DNA of 124,000 nucleotides from Octopus vulgaris (taxonomy: Eukaryota), in contig OX597815.1 of NCBI GenBank assembly GCA_951406725.2, positions 189,740,001-189,864,000 of the forward strand. Reading direction: 5' to 3'. Under the pieces are notes generated by a model. It was not told the DNA's origin. It did no database searches and saw nothing but the letters and a program-made list of their open reading frames with translations. The translations under genes and the position numbers were made by a program. Positions 111,599-124,000 of the stretch are shown here, piece after piece (position 1 is the first letter of the stretch; every line of letters starts with the position of its first letter).

Positions 111599-113206
111599 GT
111601 AACTTTGCTTGATGAAAGAAGTAAAGAAATAGAATAAAGTAGAGAAGAATATCAGTAAGTTCTCTACATATTTACATAAAGGTGAGAATGATAGACAGGC
111701 AGACAGAGACAGAGAAATAGAAGAGTATATGTATACCTGTGTAAGTATGTGTTTGTGTATATGTGATTTTATGTGTGTGTTTGCAGGGATGGGTGGGGCT
111801 GGAAATAAAGTAAGCAATAAAGTTTTAATTTGAAGGAACACAAGTTAATGATAGATTAATGATAGATAATTAATGATAAACAATAAAAGATAGGTGTGTA
111901 AGAAGCAGTCTATGAAGTTTACCTTAAAAGTGAGTTTCTCTCACATGTTTCCTTTCATTTGAAGTTTTATTCATAGAGAAGCTGAAAGTTGCGTAATAGG
112001 AACAGTTAGTATTTTAATTGATATCTCAAGTTTACCCTTATCCCATGTATTTATTCTTAAATGACACTGACTGAGTGGAAATTATATGTGCTTCTTAAAA
112101 GTTTTTCTAACACCAATTACAGCTAACTTTATAGATGAGAAAAACATCCTATTTATTTGTATGTCTATACTGTTGACTGTCTGCCTAACGTCATTGGATT
112201 TCGAATGACATGAAGAAACAAACCATCAATGTAGAGAAAGTAATTTTAATTGTGAATTACTGCATAGATTTTTATTCTACATGATGTCATCGTTGTTATT
112301 GCTTAGCCTATGAATTGGTAAAATCATTAGAGAGATGTCCAAAATATTGGTGGCATTTAGAAATGACTCTTTACATTCTGAGTTCAAATCCCACTGAGAT
112401 CAGTCTTACCTTTTATGCTTCCAAGCAAGGGCAATAAAGTGAAGTAGCAATCAAGTAATGGGGTTGATTTAATATTGTTATAAAGCACCCTAGATGTTAA
112501 TGGAATTATAATATAAGATGAAGGCTAGCCCCAGGTCAACGTTGATCAGGTAGACATATATTGGAATGGATTTCAACTATGACCACCTTGTAACTCCATC
112601 TCAAGGATTTGGTAATTAAATGTCGCTTCCTATTTTTAAGATGAAAGCCTGCAATTTGAGAGAAATTTTTCTGCTATTTCCTGCAGATCAAAAACACACA
112701 TCGAGGCTGTCTCCGTGGTTCATATTCTACTTGTAATGGTTTCCACTTCTTTTTAATTGTCACTTGTTTCAGTCATTGGACTGTGGCCATGCTGGGGCAC
112801 TATCTTGAAGGGCTTGGTTGATCATATCAACTCCGATATCTATTTTAAATCTGGCATATATTTCTTCAATCTCCTCTTGCCAGACAACTAAATTAAAGGA
112901 TGTTAATAAACCAGCAATAGTTATCAAGGAGTAAGGCACAAAGACAAACAGAAAGACCACACAGCCATACACAGGTATTGCTGTGTAGTTATGAAGTTTG
113001 CTTCCCATGCAAATGGTTTTGGGTTCATTGTGTGGCACCTTGTGCAAGTGTCTTCTACTATAGCCTTAAACCTACCAATGCCTTGTGAGTAGATGTGGTC
113101 GATGGAAACTTAAAAAAGCCTGTTGTATGTGTGTGTGTGTTTATATATATAACCCGTGCTAGCGCGGAAAACGGACGTTAAACGATAATGATGATGATGA
113201 TGATGA

Positions 113207-113248
<42 letters not shown>

Positions 113249-113700
113249 CATCCAAGCATGATCATTGCCAGGGCCGCTGACTGATTCCCATGCCAGTGGC
113301 ATGTAAAAAGCACCATTCAAACATGGTCATTACCAGCATCACCTTACTGGCACTTGTGCTGGTGGCACGTGAAAGACAACATTGAGCGAGGTCGTTGTCA
113401 GTACCGTCTGACTGGCCTTGGTGCCGGTGGCACGTAAAAGCACCCACTACACTCTTGGAGTGGTTGGCGTTAGGAACGGCATCCATCTGTAGAAACTCTG
113501 CCAAATCAAGATTGGAGCCAGTGCAGCCATTTGGCTTGCCAGTCCTCAGTCAACCCATGCCAGCATGGAAAGCAGACGTTAAATGATGATGATGAGGAGG
113601 AGGAAGTGGAGGAGGAGGAGGAGGAGGAGGAAGTGGAGGAGGAGGAGGATATATTGTTGCTTTTTTTTTAAACAGAGGAAAAGTACTTTTCCAAACTCAC

Positions 113701-113802
113701 AAATCATTCATCTGTGAAATGAGAGCGGACTTTATTTTTAAGCTCAGCAGGTTATGGAAAAGCAAGGCTAAGTTGTCTGTTTTAGAACACAGGACATCGC
113801 TT
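113701..113802 (-). CDS. Candidate exon (SDVLCSKTDNLALLFHNLLSLKIKSALISQMND)
   Basis: Strong acceptor ATTTATTTTACATCTTTTAG|A and donor TTT|GTGAGT; 102 nt, one open frame, phase 2-2. Confidence 0.4.
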
Positions 113803-114769
113803 CTAAAAGATGTAAAATAAATATTGCAAAAACGTTCGCCAAATGTAATATCGTATATTAAATATTTTATTGACAGAAGCTCCAACTTGCATGGGGTTTC
113901 TTATATGAGATGTGTCTGTCACGAAAACTTCAGAAAATAGTTCATGACACGTAAGTTTGTCAGATGATATAGTCTAAAATGAAGTTTCTTATAGCTTATA
114001 GCATCATTCTTAAAGGGAAAAATAGAACATTATATGACAGAAACGTTAATGCAATAACTGTAAAATTTATGAACTCTTTCCTGCAGGACACAGGAGAAAA
114101 TATGTAACAGACCAATATAACTCCATGACCTCAAAAAAAATCAATCACATCAATCACAATTATCTGATACAAATTGAAGTATAATTTCTTGTCTCTTCAT
114201 AGTGCTAATATCCAGTCATTTTCACCCTGACATTAAATACTCAATAAATATCATTTTTCATTCATTTCTTTTTCAATAGACTATGACAAACATTCTTTAC
114301 GAATGAAAGAATCATGCCACAAAGATTCAAGGCAGAAACACAACATGGCAACGGAAATACAACAAATATCACAGAATCAGAAATAGAACAAGCATTTCTG
114401 AAGAAAGACATTATTGCAAATAGGGTACAATAAACATCAAAACACTCTAGAATTGACTGAAAGTGTAAGTAAAGACAACAGGAAAACCCATCATCATAAG
114501 AACATGTCAGATGCGTTTTCAATAATCAGCATCAATTATATAGTTTTCAGTTACTTCATCAGAATATTCTTTGCTTTCATTCTATTTATGTTATTAGAGT
114601 TGCATGGCATAGCTTTATGGTTATGGAGTTGGGTTATTAAACCATGTGGTTCCATGTTTGGTCTCAGAGCACATGCAGCACTTCATGCAACAGTTTTCTA
114701 CCATGGGTTTTAAGTTGACACCAATGTCTAGTGACTGAACATTGGTTGATGGAAGCAATATAGATACCC

Positions 114770-114905
<136 letters not shown>

Positions 114906-115630
114906 CCATTCGTCGGACAGTTTTGTTTTTGATAAAGCATATTACTCTACCTCTGGTATTTGAGTACTCTTTTTTCCACCTTGTTTCATATTTATGTGCT
115001 TACTCCAGTATATATATATATGCACATACATATATCGTTATCATTTATTTTTATCTTTTCCTTGTTTCAGTCATTAGACTGTGGCCATGCTGGGGCACTG
115101 CCTTGAAGAATTTTTAGTCAAATGAATCAAACCCGGTTCTTCTTATTATTTTTAACCCTGGTACGTATTCTATTGGTCTCTTTTACTGAACCACTAAGTT
115201 ACAGGGATGTAAACAGACCAACACTGTTTGTCAAGCAGTGGTGACAAGGTGGGACACAAGCGCAGACACAAAATACATGCGCGTATGCACACACATTCAG
115301 CGACAGGCTTCATTCAGTTTCCATTTACCAAATCCACTCACAAGTCTTTGGTTGCCCTGAGAATATAGCAGAAAACACTTGCCAAGCAATGGCGCCAAAC
115401 CTGGAGTTTAATGCTACTGAATTAAACTTCTTACTTCACAACCACCGTGATGTTGCTTAAATTATGCAACATGTGTGGTAAGTAGCTTGCTTACGAACCA
115501 CATGGTTCCGGGTTCAGTCCCACTGCATGACACCTTGGGCAAGTGTCTTCTACTATAGTCTCGGGCCAACCAAAGCCTTGTGAGTGGATTTGGTAGACGG
115601 AAACTGAAAGAAGACCGTCGTATATATGTG

Positions 115631-115661
<31 letters not shown>

Positions 115662-116405
115662 ATATGTTTGTGTGTCTGTGTTTGTCTACCCAACATCGAT
115701 TGACAACCGATGCTGGTGTGTTTATGTCCCTGTAACTTAGCAGTTTGGTAAAAGAGACTGATAGAATAAGTACTAGGCTTACAAAGAATAAGTCCCGGGG
115801 TCGATTTTCTCGACTAAAGGCGGTGCTCCAGCATGGCCACAGTCAAATGACTGAAACAAGTAAAAGAGTAAAGAGTATGTTTCCATAGCATTGTTATTTA
115901 TTTGTTCTTTTATGTGTTACATCACATGATTACATAATCAGACTATATCGTCAGGCATTTTAGACAGTTGACAGTAAAAAAAATGACTAGCAGAAATTTC
116001 ACTTCAAAGTTTATTTTACCTATAAATTGTTCAAAATGCCTGGAAAAAATGATCTGGTAATATAATTATGTAATGTAACACATTAATAAGCAAATAAATA
116101 AGCAGGCTACAGAAACATAAGTAGCATGATTTAAATAACAATGCTATTAATATTCTTTTATTATATTTTCCACCACGTTAAGTGTACTGTGATTGTTGTT
116201 AAGTATGATGGATTTACTGAGTACTTAATATCATAATTTAAGTAGTTAATATTGCACTGTCTCTTCTGTTGACTGTTTGATAGGCAGTGACTATCATCAG
116301 TATTCCTGCTGAGTATTCTGTTAGCCAAATACACACTTCAGTCACCTGAGTTAATCACCTGAGTTATTTGCCAGGACTATTTAGATCTCCACTACTTGGT
116401 ATATA

Positions 116406-116437
<32 letters not shown>

Positions 116438-117048
116438 AATTTAAATAAATTTAAATAATTTAAATTTTAAATTTTATATTTTATATATTTTGTAAATTAT
116501 TTTAATTATTTTTATTTTTATGTTTTGGTTTATGTTTTTCACTGTTTGATTTGCCTAATAGTGGTTTTATCACTAATTTAATTTATATATATATATATAT
116601 ATATATACATATATACACGTATATGTGTCTGTGTGTCTATGTATATATATGTAGAGAGAGAGAGAGAGAGAGAGAGAGATACAAACACACATACACGAAC
116701 ACACGTTCTCACTTTTAAGTTTACCTCTACAGATTTTGTATGCAATTCAGTGCTAGCAATGAAAGTTATGACCATTTGTATACAAATGTTTATGCAAGCA
116801 ATAAGATCAAAGATAGGGTAATTGGTGTATATGCATATTTCACATGGTTGGTGGGAAGGGGTAAGCTGAATAACATCGACCCCAGTGCTCAACTGGTACT
116901 TATTTTATCAACCCTGAATGGATGAAAGGTAAAGTCGACCTCAGCAGAATTTAAACTTAGAACATGAAGATGGAGGAAATATCACTAAGAATTTTGCCTG
117001 GCATGCTAATGATTCTACTAGCTTGCCACCTTTTCCTCTTATCTAATA

Positions 117049-117467
117049 CTAGCACTATAGCCCGGCGTTGCTCAGGTCTGTTTTTTAGTTGCACTTAAAA
117101 TGGCAGACTTTAGAATTGGAATTTTTGAAAAGTAAAACGTTTGCATTATGTAGCTTGTTATTCTCTTTAAGTGAACATTTTTCTGGTTGAAATACACCAA
117201 AAAATGGCGACACAGCAGTCAAAAAATCATTTAAAAAATAGAGATCTTCATAGAAAAAAAGCTCCTTTTTGATGTAAATAATTTTTGGTGTTAACATGGT
117301 CCAATTTGAATTTGTTCTTCTACAGAAGAAAGAGCAAGCCTTCTTCTATCACACTTTCAATTTTGGTCAACTTGCACCGCAGCGTGTCGGAGGAGATAAT
117401 GCTAGTTGAAGGCTACCAAACCTGCCACATACACACACACAGACAACTTCAGCTTTATATATATAGA
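117049..117467 (-). mobile_element. Non-autonomous Helitron, same family as 24170-24568
   Basis: TCTATATATATAAAGCTGAAG 5' end; hairpin CCTGAGCAACGCCGGG and CTAG|T 3' end. Confidence 0.75.
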
Positions 117468-119011
117468 TAACATGTCATTTCTGTTCGGTTTACTTACTGA
117501 CTTTAAGCAGTAACAAACAATGGTAGATTGTTAACAGTTTATGCCGTTCTCTCTCTCTTAAAATTTATAAATTATTCACTTTTGTTTTTGAAGTGGAATA
117601 AATTTTGCACATTTAGACATTTAAGAATTGTTAAAGTAATTGTTTTTACAGCTGAATGGTTTTTTGTACTCTAATGGTTATATAATGGTTTATCAGAAGT
117701 GTCAGGAAAACTGGTTTTAGTAATAATATTTAAAGTAAAGAACCTGTACCAAGCAGTCTTAACTAGGTGACCCATAGAAAATATCTCAGGGACATGTTCT
117801 GCATGCAAATAGGAATAGCATTTGTATTTGTGTACCATTTCTCCGTTTTTTACTGTCCTTCTTTTGTATACATTTGCTGCTTTCTTCCAAGGAATCTAGT
117901 GCTCTTAGTTTAGATTTTCCTTGGGGCTGGCCAGATTGAAGCAGTCTTGAGTATAACCAGTCAAAACTGCAAAGATGATCTGGAACTCGACTGAGGAAAG
118001 AAAACTCCGAATGACCCATCCTTGTTTTCTCTTGTCCCTTTTTGTATCATCTGTCTGGATGGTTTGTCGTCGCCTGTTGTATTCTTGTCCCACTTTTTGT
118101 ATTCTTATATATATATATATATATATATATTACGGAGATGTACTTGCATAGCAAGTGACCTGATCTGAGATCGTGTGCTGGAACGGTTTTTGTGTGTTTC
118201 TTAAATGGCTTATAAACACCTTCCACGCTGCAATTGTTTATATATATATATATGTGCGTGTGTATGTGTGTGTGTGTGTGTATACAGGGTAAGAGTTATT
118301 AAAACAATAACTTTTACCAGGGGTCAGCATACGTAATAAAAGTCAGAAAAAATAAATATTTCTATATAACAGTGTATAAAAAATTTACACACACAGAGAA
118401 GGCCACCATGTGGACTTCTAACATGCTGAAAAGAGCAGTCAAAACCCAGACTACGAAAACAAAGATTCTTCTTTAAGGCATGTTGCTTTTAAGTGAGCAG
118501 GATATCTAAATGAATAAAAGTCTCAGTTAAGCCTATACCCATTGAGTTTCTGCATTAATGATCAAATAATCTTTCTTTTCAGGGTTTGAGTTTTGACTGC
118601 CTTTTTCATCATGTAAGAAGTCCACATAGTGGCCTTCTCTCCGTGTATAAATTTTTCATACACTATTATAAATATATATATTTCGTTTTGGTTTGCAAGA
118701 TTCTTTATATGAGTTCGTGTGTTGAAGCATATTCTGTTGTGTCTGGGGAGAGTCACTTTCTTTTTGTGCCTTATTATTCAACACACTCACCGGTAAAATT
118801 TCCACATATTCCTTATTTTTATTTTCTAAAATTTTCGTTGCATGTTGCAACCTTTTCAATAGTTTTGAGAGTCAAAACTATTGAAAAGGTTGCAAAACGC
118901 AACAAAAAATAATTTTAGAAAATAAAAATTAAGAAATAAGTGGAAATTTTACCAGTGAGTGTGTTAAATAATAAGGCACAAAAAGAAAGTGACTCTCCCC
119001 AGACACAACAG

Positions 119012-119049
<38 letters not shown>

Positions 119050-119070
119050 TATATATATTATTATTATCAT

Positions 119071-119450
119071 TATTAATATTAGGAAATCAATATCAAAACT
119101 CCTCAGAAAGATATACATGTGTGAAAATAATTGTTGTATTAAAAATATCTAAATAAATAGATAAATAAATAAATAAATAAATATACATATGTATAAAAAT
119201 ATATGTAAACATGTATAAGTATAAATATATAATGTATACGAGTATCACAGTTAAAAGTTTTGAATTAATTATTTAAATAATTAATTCAAAACTTTTAAAC
119301 TGTCATATACATTATATATTTATACTTATACATATTTACATATATTTTTATACATATTTATATTTACTTATATATTTTTAATGCAACAATTATTTTTCAC
119401 ATGTGTATATCTTTCTGAGGAGTTTTGATAGTGATTTCCTAATATTAATA
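119071..119450. repeat. ~380-bp AT-rich palindrome
   Basis: TATTAATATTAGGAAATC..CTCCTCAGAAAGATATACATGTG pairs with ..CTTTCTGAGGAG..GATTTCCTAATATTAATA; centre AATTAATTATTTAAATAATTAATT. Confidence 0.85.
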
Positions 119451-119597
119451 ATAATATATTATTTAAAAATATATATGTATATAATCGCTCATATTAAATA
119501 TATAAATACTTTAATAGTATTAATTCTTTGATACAATTGAGCACTCAATATAAATTCAGTATATAATGTTCTTATTGAATATATCTAACTAAAGATT

Positions 119598-119633
<36 letters not shown>

Positions 119634-120447
119634 CTCCCCCCTCCTCACCTATCCTTTCCCCCCGACCCCTACTTCTTCAGTCCTTCATCCTTTCACCCCT
119701 ACTCCCCTTCCCTTCTTCCCTCTTTCTCCCTCCCTCTTCCCCTTCCCTCTGCTCCCTCACTCCCTCTCTCCCCTTCTCTCTTTCCCTCTCCCTCTTTCCT
119801 CCTTCATCCCCCTCCTCCCCCATCCTCTCCTCTTCTCCCCTCTCCTCCCCCTCTTCTTCCCCTCCCCTTCTCTCCCCCTCTTCTCCCCCTCCCCCTCTTC
119901 TCCTCACTACACCACATGACTTTACACATCACATCACATATGATGTGCCATACTAATACACACACCAACTAATACATACTAATACGTACTAATACATACT
120001 AGTACATACTAATACATACACCAACCCTATACATACACACGTCCAGACCCCGCATACGCACTTATACTCTCTCATACACACACACACACACTTATACATA
120101 CCAATACGTACTAATACATACTAATACATACTAATACATACACCAACCCCATACATACGCACGTCCAGACCAATCCTACGCACTAATACTCTCTCATACA
120201 CACACACACACACACCCTTATACATACTAATACATACACCAACCCTATACATACACACATCCAGACCCCTCCTACGCACTATTAGCTGGTCCCTCAACCC
120301 TTTTATCAACCCTATTATCTCCCCTTATTTCGCTCTCGCGTCTCATGTTTGATCTTTGACCTCTGGCCGAAATCAGATCGCCATGTTGATTCGTTAGCAC
120401 GCATTTTTTTTCTCTCCTTCTTTCTGTGTTTTTCTCTCTCTGTGTAT

Positions 120448-120483
120448 CTTTCTGTTGAAGAGCGTAGGCTCGAAACGTTAAAG
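120448..120483 (+). ncRNA. Family E hammerhead-like motif (CUGUUGA), otherwise intact
   Basis: CUUU-CUGUUGA-A-GAGC GUAG GCUC-GAAA-CGU-U-AAAG. Confidence 0.5.
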
Positions 120484-122144
120484 ACTTGTTTTATTTATAT
120501 TTCCTGAGCGCCATACTAATACAATTGTTCGTTTGTTTTCCACCTGCCTTCGTCTTTTGTTTATTTTCATAAAGCTTCCCGTTATATATATACATATACA
120601 TATACACACATTTTGGTGTTATTTGAACCCAGAAAGTCAAGAGCTGGAAGAAGCACTGCCAAGTAATTTTCCTGACACACTAATGATTCTGCCAGCTTCC
120701 TGCCTTAAATACCTCTCTAACAATGATTTCAAATTTCGGCACAAGGCCAACAATTTCAAGGGAGTGGTAAATAAAATTATATTGACCCTAGTATTCAACT
120801 GGTATTTATTTTATCAACTCTGAAAGGGTGAAAGGCAAAGTCAATCTCAGTGGAATTTGAACTTGGAATGTAAAGTTGGATGAAATGCCCTAATTAAAAA
120901 TCCTGCCAACTCACTGCCTTAAATACTAATGAGTTTGTGTATCTGGTCTGTTGGTAATATGTCAAATTATTACTTTATAATTCATATTCTGATGGCCCAA
121001 AGTTGCGTAAGTCTGTCGACTGTAAAAGATGAACTTCACTAAACACCATCATCTTCATTTAACGTCTTATTTTTCATGCTGGCATGGATTAGACGATTTT
121101 GAAGGAGCTGGCAAGGTTGAGAGCTGGACCATACTCCATTGTCTGTTTTGGCTTGGTTACTACAGCCTGATACCCTTCCTAACTCCAACTACTTTACAGA
121201 ATTTATATATATATATATATGTGTATATATATATATATATATCTATATATAAGTATAGTCGTCACTACAGTGACAGAGGGTGCCAGTCAGCACCAGAATT
121301 CCTAGAAATACAAGTCGAAACAACTCTTAGCCACGTGAGGACACTTTTCTAATGACTGGCTAAGAGTTGTTTTGACAGTTATTTCTAGCAATGCTGACTG
121401 GGCACCCTCAATTATTTTAGTGGCAACTACGCTTGCAGCCTTTTGAATTGTCAGTCACCACATACAATGTATTTCACTATAAACAGACATCGTGTTGAAT
121501 TGAGGGCAGCAAGCTAACAGAATTTTTTTTTAAATGTGTTATCTCTGTATCGATTGATTTCGGGATTAATCCAATGGATATTTCCTTCATCAGCAGAGAA
121601 TACAATAAGAAATAAATGAAATGCTTACAAGCACCCATGGAAAAAGTAGAAGCAAAGTCATTTGTATGCATAAGCACCCCAAACATATGTAAATATAAAT
121701 TCGGTAACAAGCCTCAATGCATGTGTAATCAGTCAGGAACCACAGCTTAGAGTGGTCACCAGTCCCAAAGTGAATGGTAATAATTTTACTTCTAGTATAG
121801 GATAAAATTTTTCAAAAAATTTCATCAAGTGGCCAGCATATTAAGATATCTTTTAAGGAGAAAATTATAAGCAATTATAATTAAGGGCAGAAGAAAAATT
121901 TGTATGCCAATATGCTGAGAAATATATTGTATATGGTGTTTGATGATTTAAATTCTATTTTTCAGCATATTGGCATAGAAATTTTTCTTTTGCCCTTATT
122001 TATAATTGTGGAGTAGATGAAACAGGGACGACTGATGAAGGGGCATATTCTTTATGTTGCATGTCTCGTGTATACATACATATATATTTATAGATATATG
122101 CATACATACATATATATATGTATGTATATATATATATGCATGTA

Positions 122145-122184
<40 letters not shown>

Positions 122185-122364
122185 CAACAATTGAGGGTAA
122201 AATTAATTAGCTATTAATCAATTTCACCAAGTATTCAGTATGTAAAGGGACCATTTAAGGCGAATTCAAAATATTACATTGTATAAAAGGGCTTAGTAAA
122301 ATAAATTACTTTGCCACATACTGAACTCATTAGAAATAGCAGCCCAAAAAAAGATTTTGTAGCC

Positions 122365-122421
<57 letters not shown>

Positions 122422-124000
122422 AATTAATAAATAAAACATATGCATATATACATACATACATATATGTATGTACCTACCTCTACATGTATATATACATGCA
122501 TATATGGGTACAGGACACCAAAAAAACGTTGAACACAATGAGAAATGAAAACATAAACACAAAACCAAGGAAATGGACATTTTTCTTAAACAACAAAAAA
122601 ATAGAGTACAGGACATACAAAACAAGGAAAATTCCCCTTTTTCAGTCACCTTTGTTTCATCTACTCCACGTTTCAACATCATCATCATCATACAAGGTCT
122701 GTTGTCAATACTGGTATGGGTTGGACAGTTTGACAGAAACTGGCATGGTTGGGAGCCATACCAGGCTCTATCATCTATTTTGTCTTGGTTTCTACAGTTG
122801 GGTGGCGTCCCTAACACTAACCATTTTTTACAGATGTTTTTCATATAGCAAACAATTGGCCCTAAAAATGAATCCTGCTCTATGCCAATAAAGGAATGAA
122901 AACTTTAGATAAAACTCCATTGTAACTACAATGAGGAAAACAGATTAATATTTGTTAACAAATGTATGGATATTTCTTTTGCAGCAATCCTCAATAGAAA
123001 TAAACACAACATTATTAGCTGTGTAAATATATATTTGTTTCCAAATGATAATAAATGAGTGATTGAATCAATCAATCGTACCTATTGTAATCCTGAACAC
123101 AACTTAGCCTAATATTGTTGAACAAACACAAGTTAAACTGGGTCAGTGTTTCAGATTGGAATATCATATCTTAACCAGCAATTGTTAAGTCGTTTCATTC
123201 AATTTACCGAAAAAGTTGTTGATAAAAATCTTTTCTATGAAGAAAAAAAATAAACAAAATTACTGCATAAGTTACAGTGAAACTGGAGTATTAATGATGG
123301 AGAACCATCACTTGTTATGGCACCACACACACAGAGACTGAGATTATATTTTACCTGAAATCATGGACAAGCTTTCCTATTTAACTCATAAAATCAATAC
123401 TTACACTGTAGCTGTTCATAATAGAACAGTAAGTAGTGTTACAAGGAATTTAGGAAGCTTTTGTTTTTGTTAATAATTTAGTATTTTTTTTTCTCTCTTT
123501 GCAAAAAGACAGTTGTAGGTGTTAAAGGTTAGACACAAATACTGCGATGCATTAAATCATGGTTTGCAAAGTTCATGAAATCAAGTAGAAGACCTACAAA
123601 CAGCTACGAGGCCTGAAAAATATATTATTTTCTAGAAGTGTAATCATAAAGACTATCATAAACCATGTTCTTGAAACAATTAGGGTGGAAAGCAAGTCTT
123701 GTTGCATTTCTAACGCATTCGTTTTGGAAGTACTATTTCAATATTTACTCTTTTACTCTTTTACTTGTTTCAGTCATTTGACTGCGGCCATGCTGGAGCA
123801 CCGCCTTTAATCGAGCAACTCGACCCCGGGACTTATTCTTTTGTAAGCCCAGTACTTATTCTATCGGTCTCTTAGCCGAACCGCTAAGTAACGGGGACAT
123901 AAACACACCAGCATCGGTTGTCAAGCAATGCTAGGGGGACAATCACAGACACACAAACACACACATCATCATCATCATCACATCGTTTAGCGTCTATATA

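Noticed and set aside
117786-118093. 77-aa and 62-aa ORFs with a plausible acceptor
   Set aside because: Begins at a (TA)n boundary and matches my recollection of a dispersed octopus repeat; not treated as an exon.
122015-122050. CTGATGA preceded by GAAA (also ~63120-63200 and ~122630-122670)
   Set aside because: Could not assemble consistent stems I-III around these cores.

Overview
AT-rich eukaryotic DNA dominated by repeats. The SINE families and the dense (TA)n/(TACA)n/(GATA)n/(GAT)n microsatellites match my recollection of octopus (coleoid cephalopod) genomes; this assignment is an inference. I found no complete protein-coding gene, rRNA, true tRNA or CRISPR array. Most ORF-track entries are microsatellite or SINE translations. 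The window contains four abundant SINE-like families, several mariner/Tc1 relics, hAT, TTAA-type and TA-type MITEs, three non-autonomous Helitrons, and RTE and CR1/L2 LINE 3' fragments. It also has Penelope-like (PLE) relics, with GIY-YIG and RT fragments, and many near-perfect palindromes. The main observation is a high density of type I hammerhead ribozyme (HHR) motifs: about 15 intact or decayed copies in about 6 sequence families, all in short microsatellite-embedded, PLE-linked elements that often form inverted dimers. One family shows compensatory stem changes between copies. Another has a fixed non-canonical core (CUGUNGA). A few isolated candidate exons suggest the window may lie in long introns, but I could not identify any gene. 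SINE and microsatellite boundaries are approximate, and only representative SINE copies are listed.
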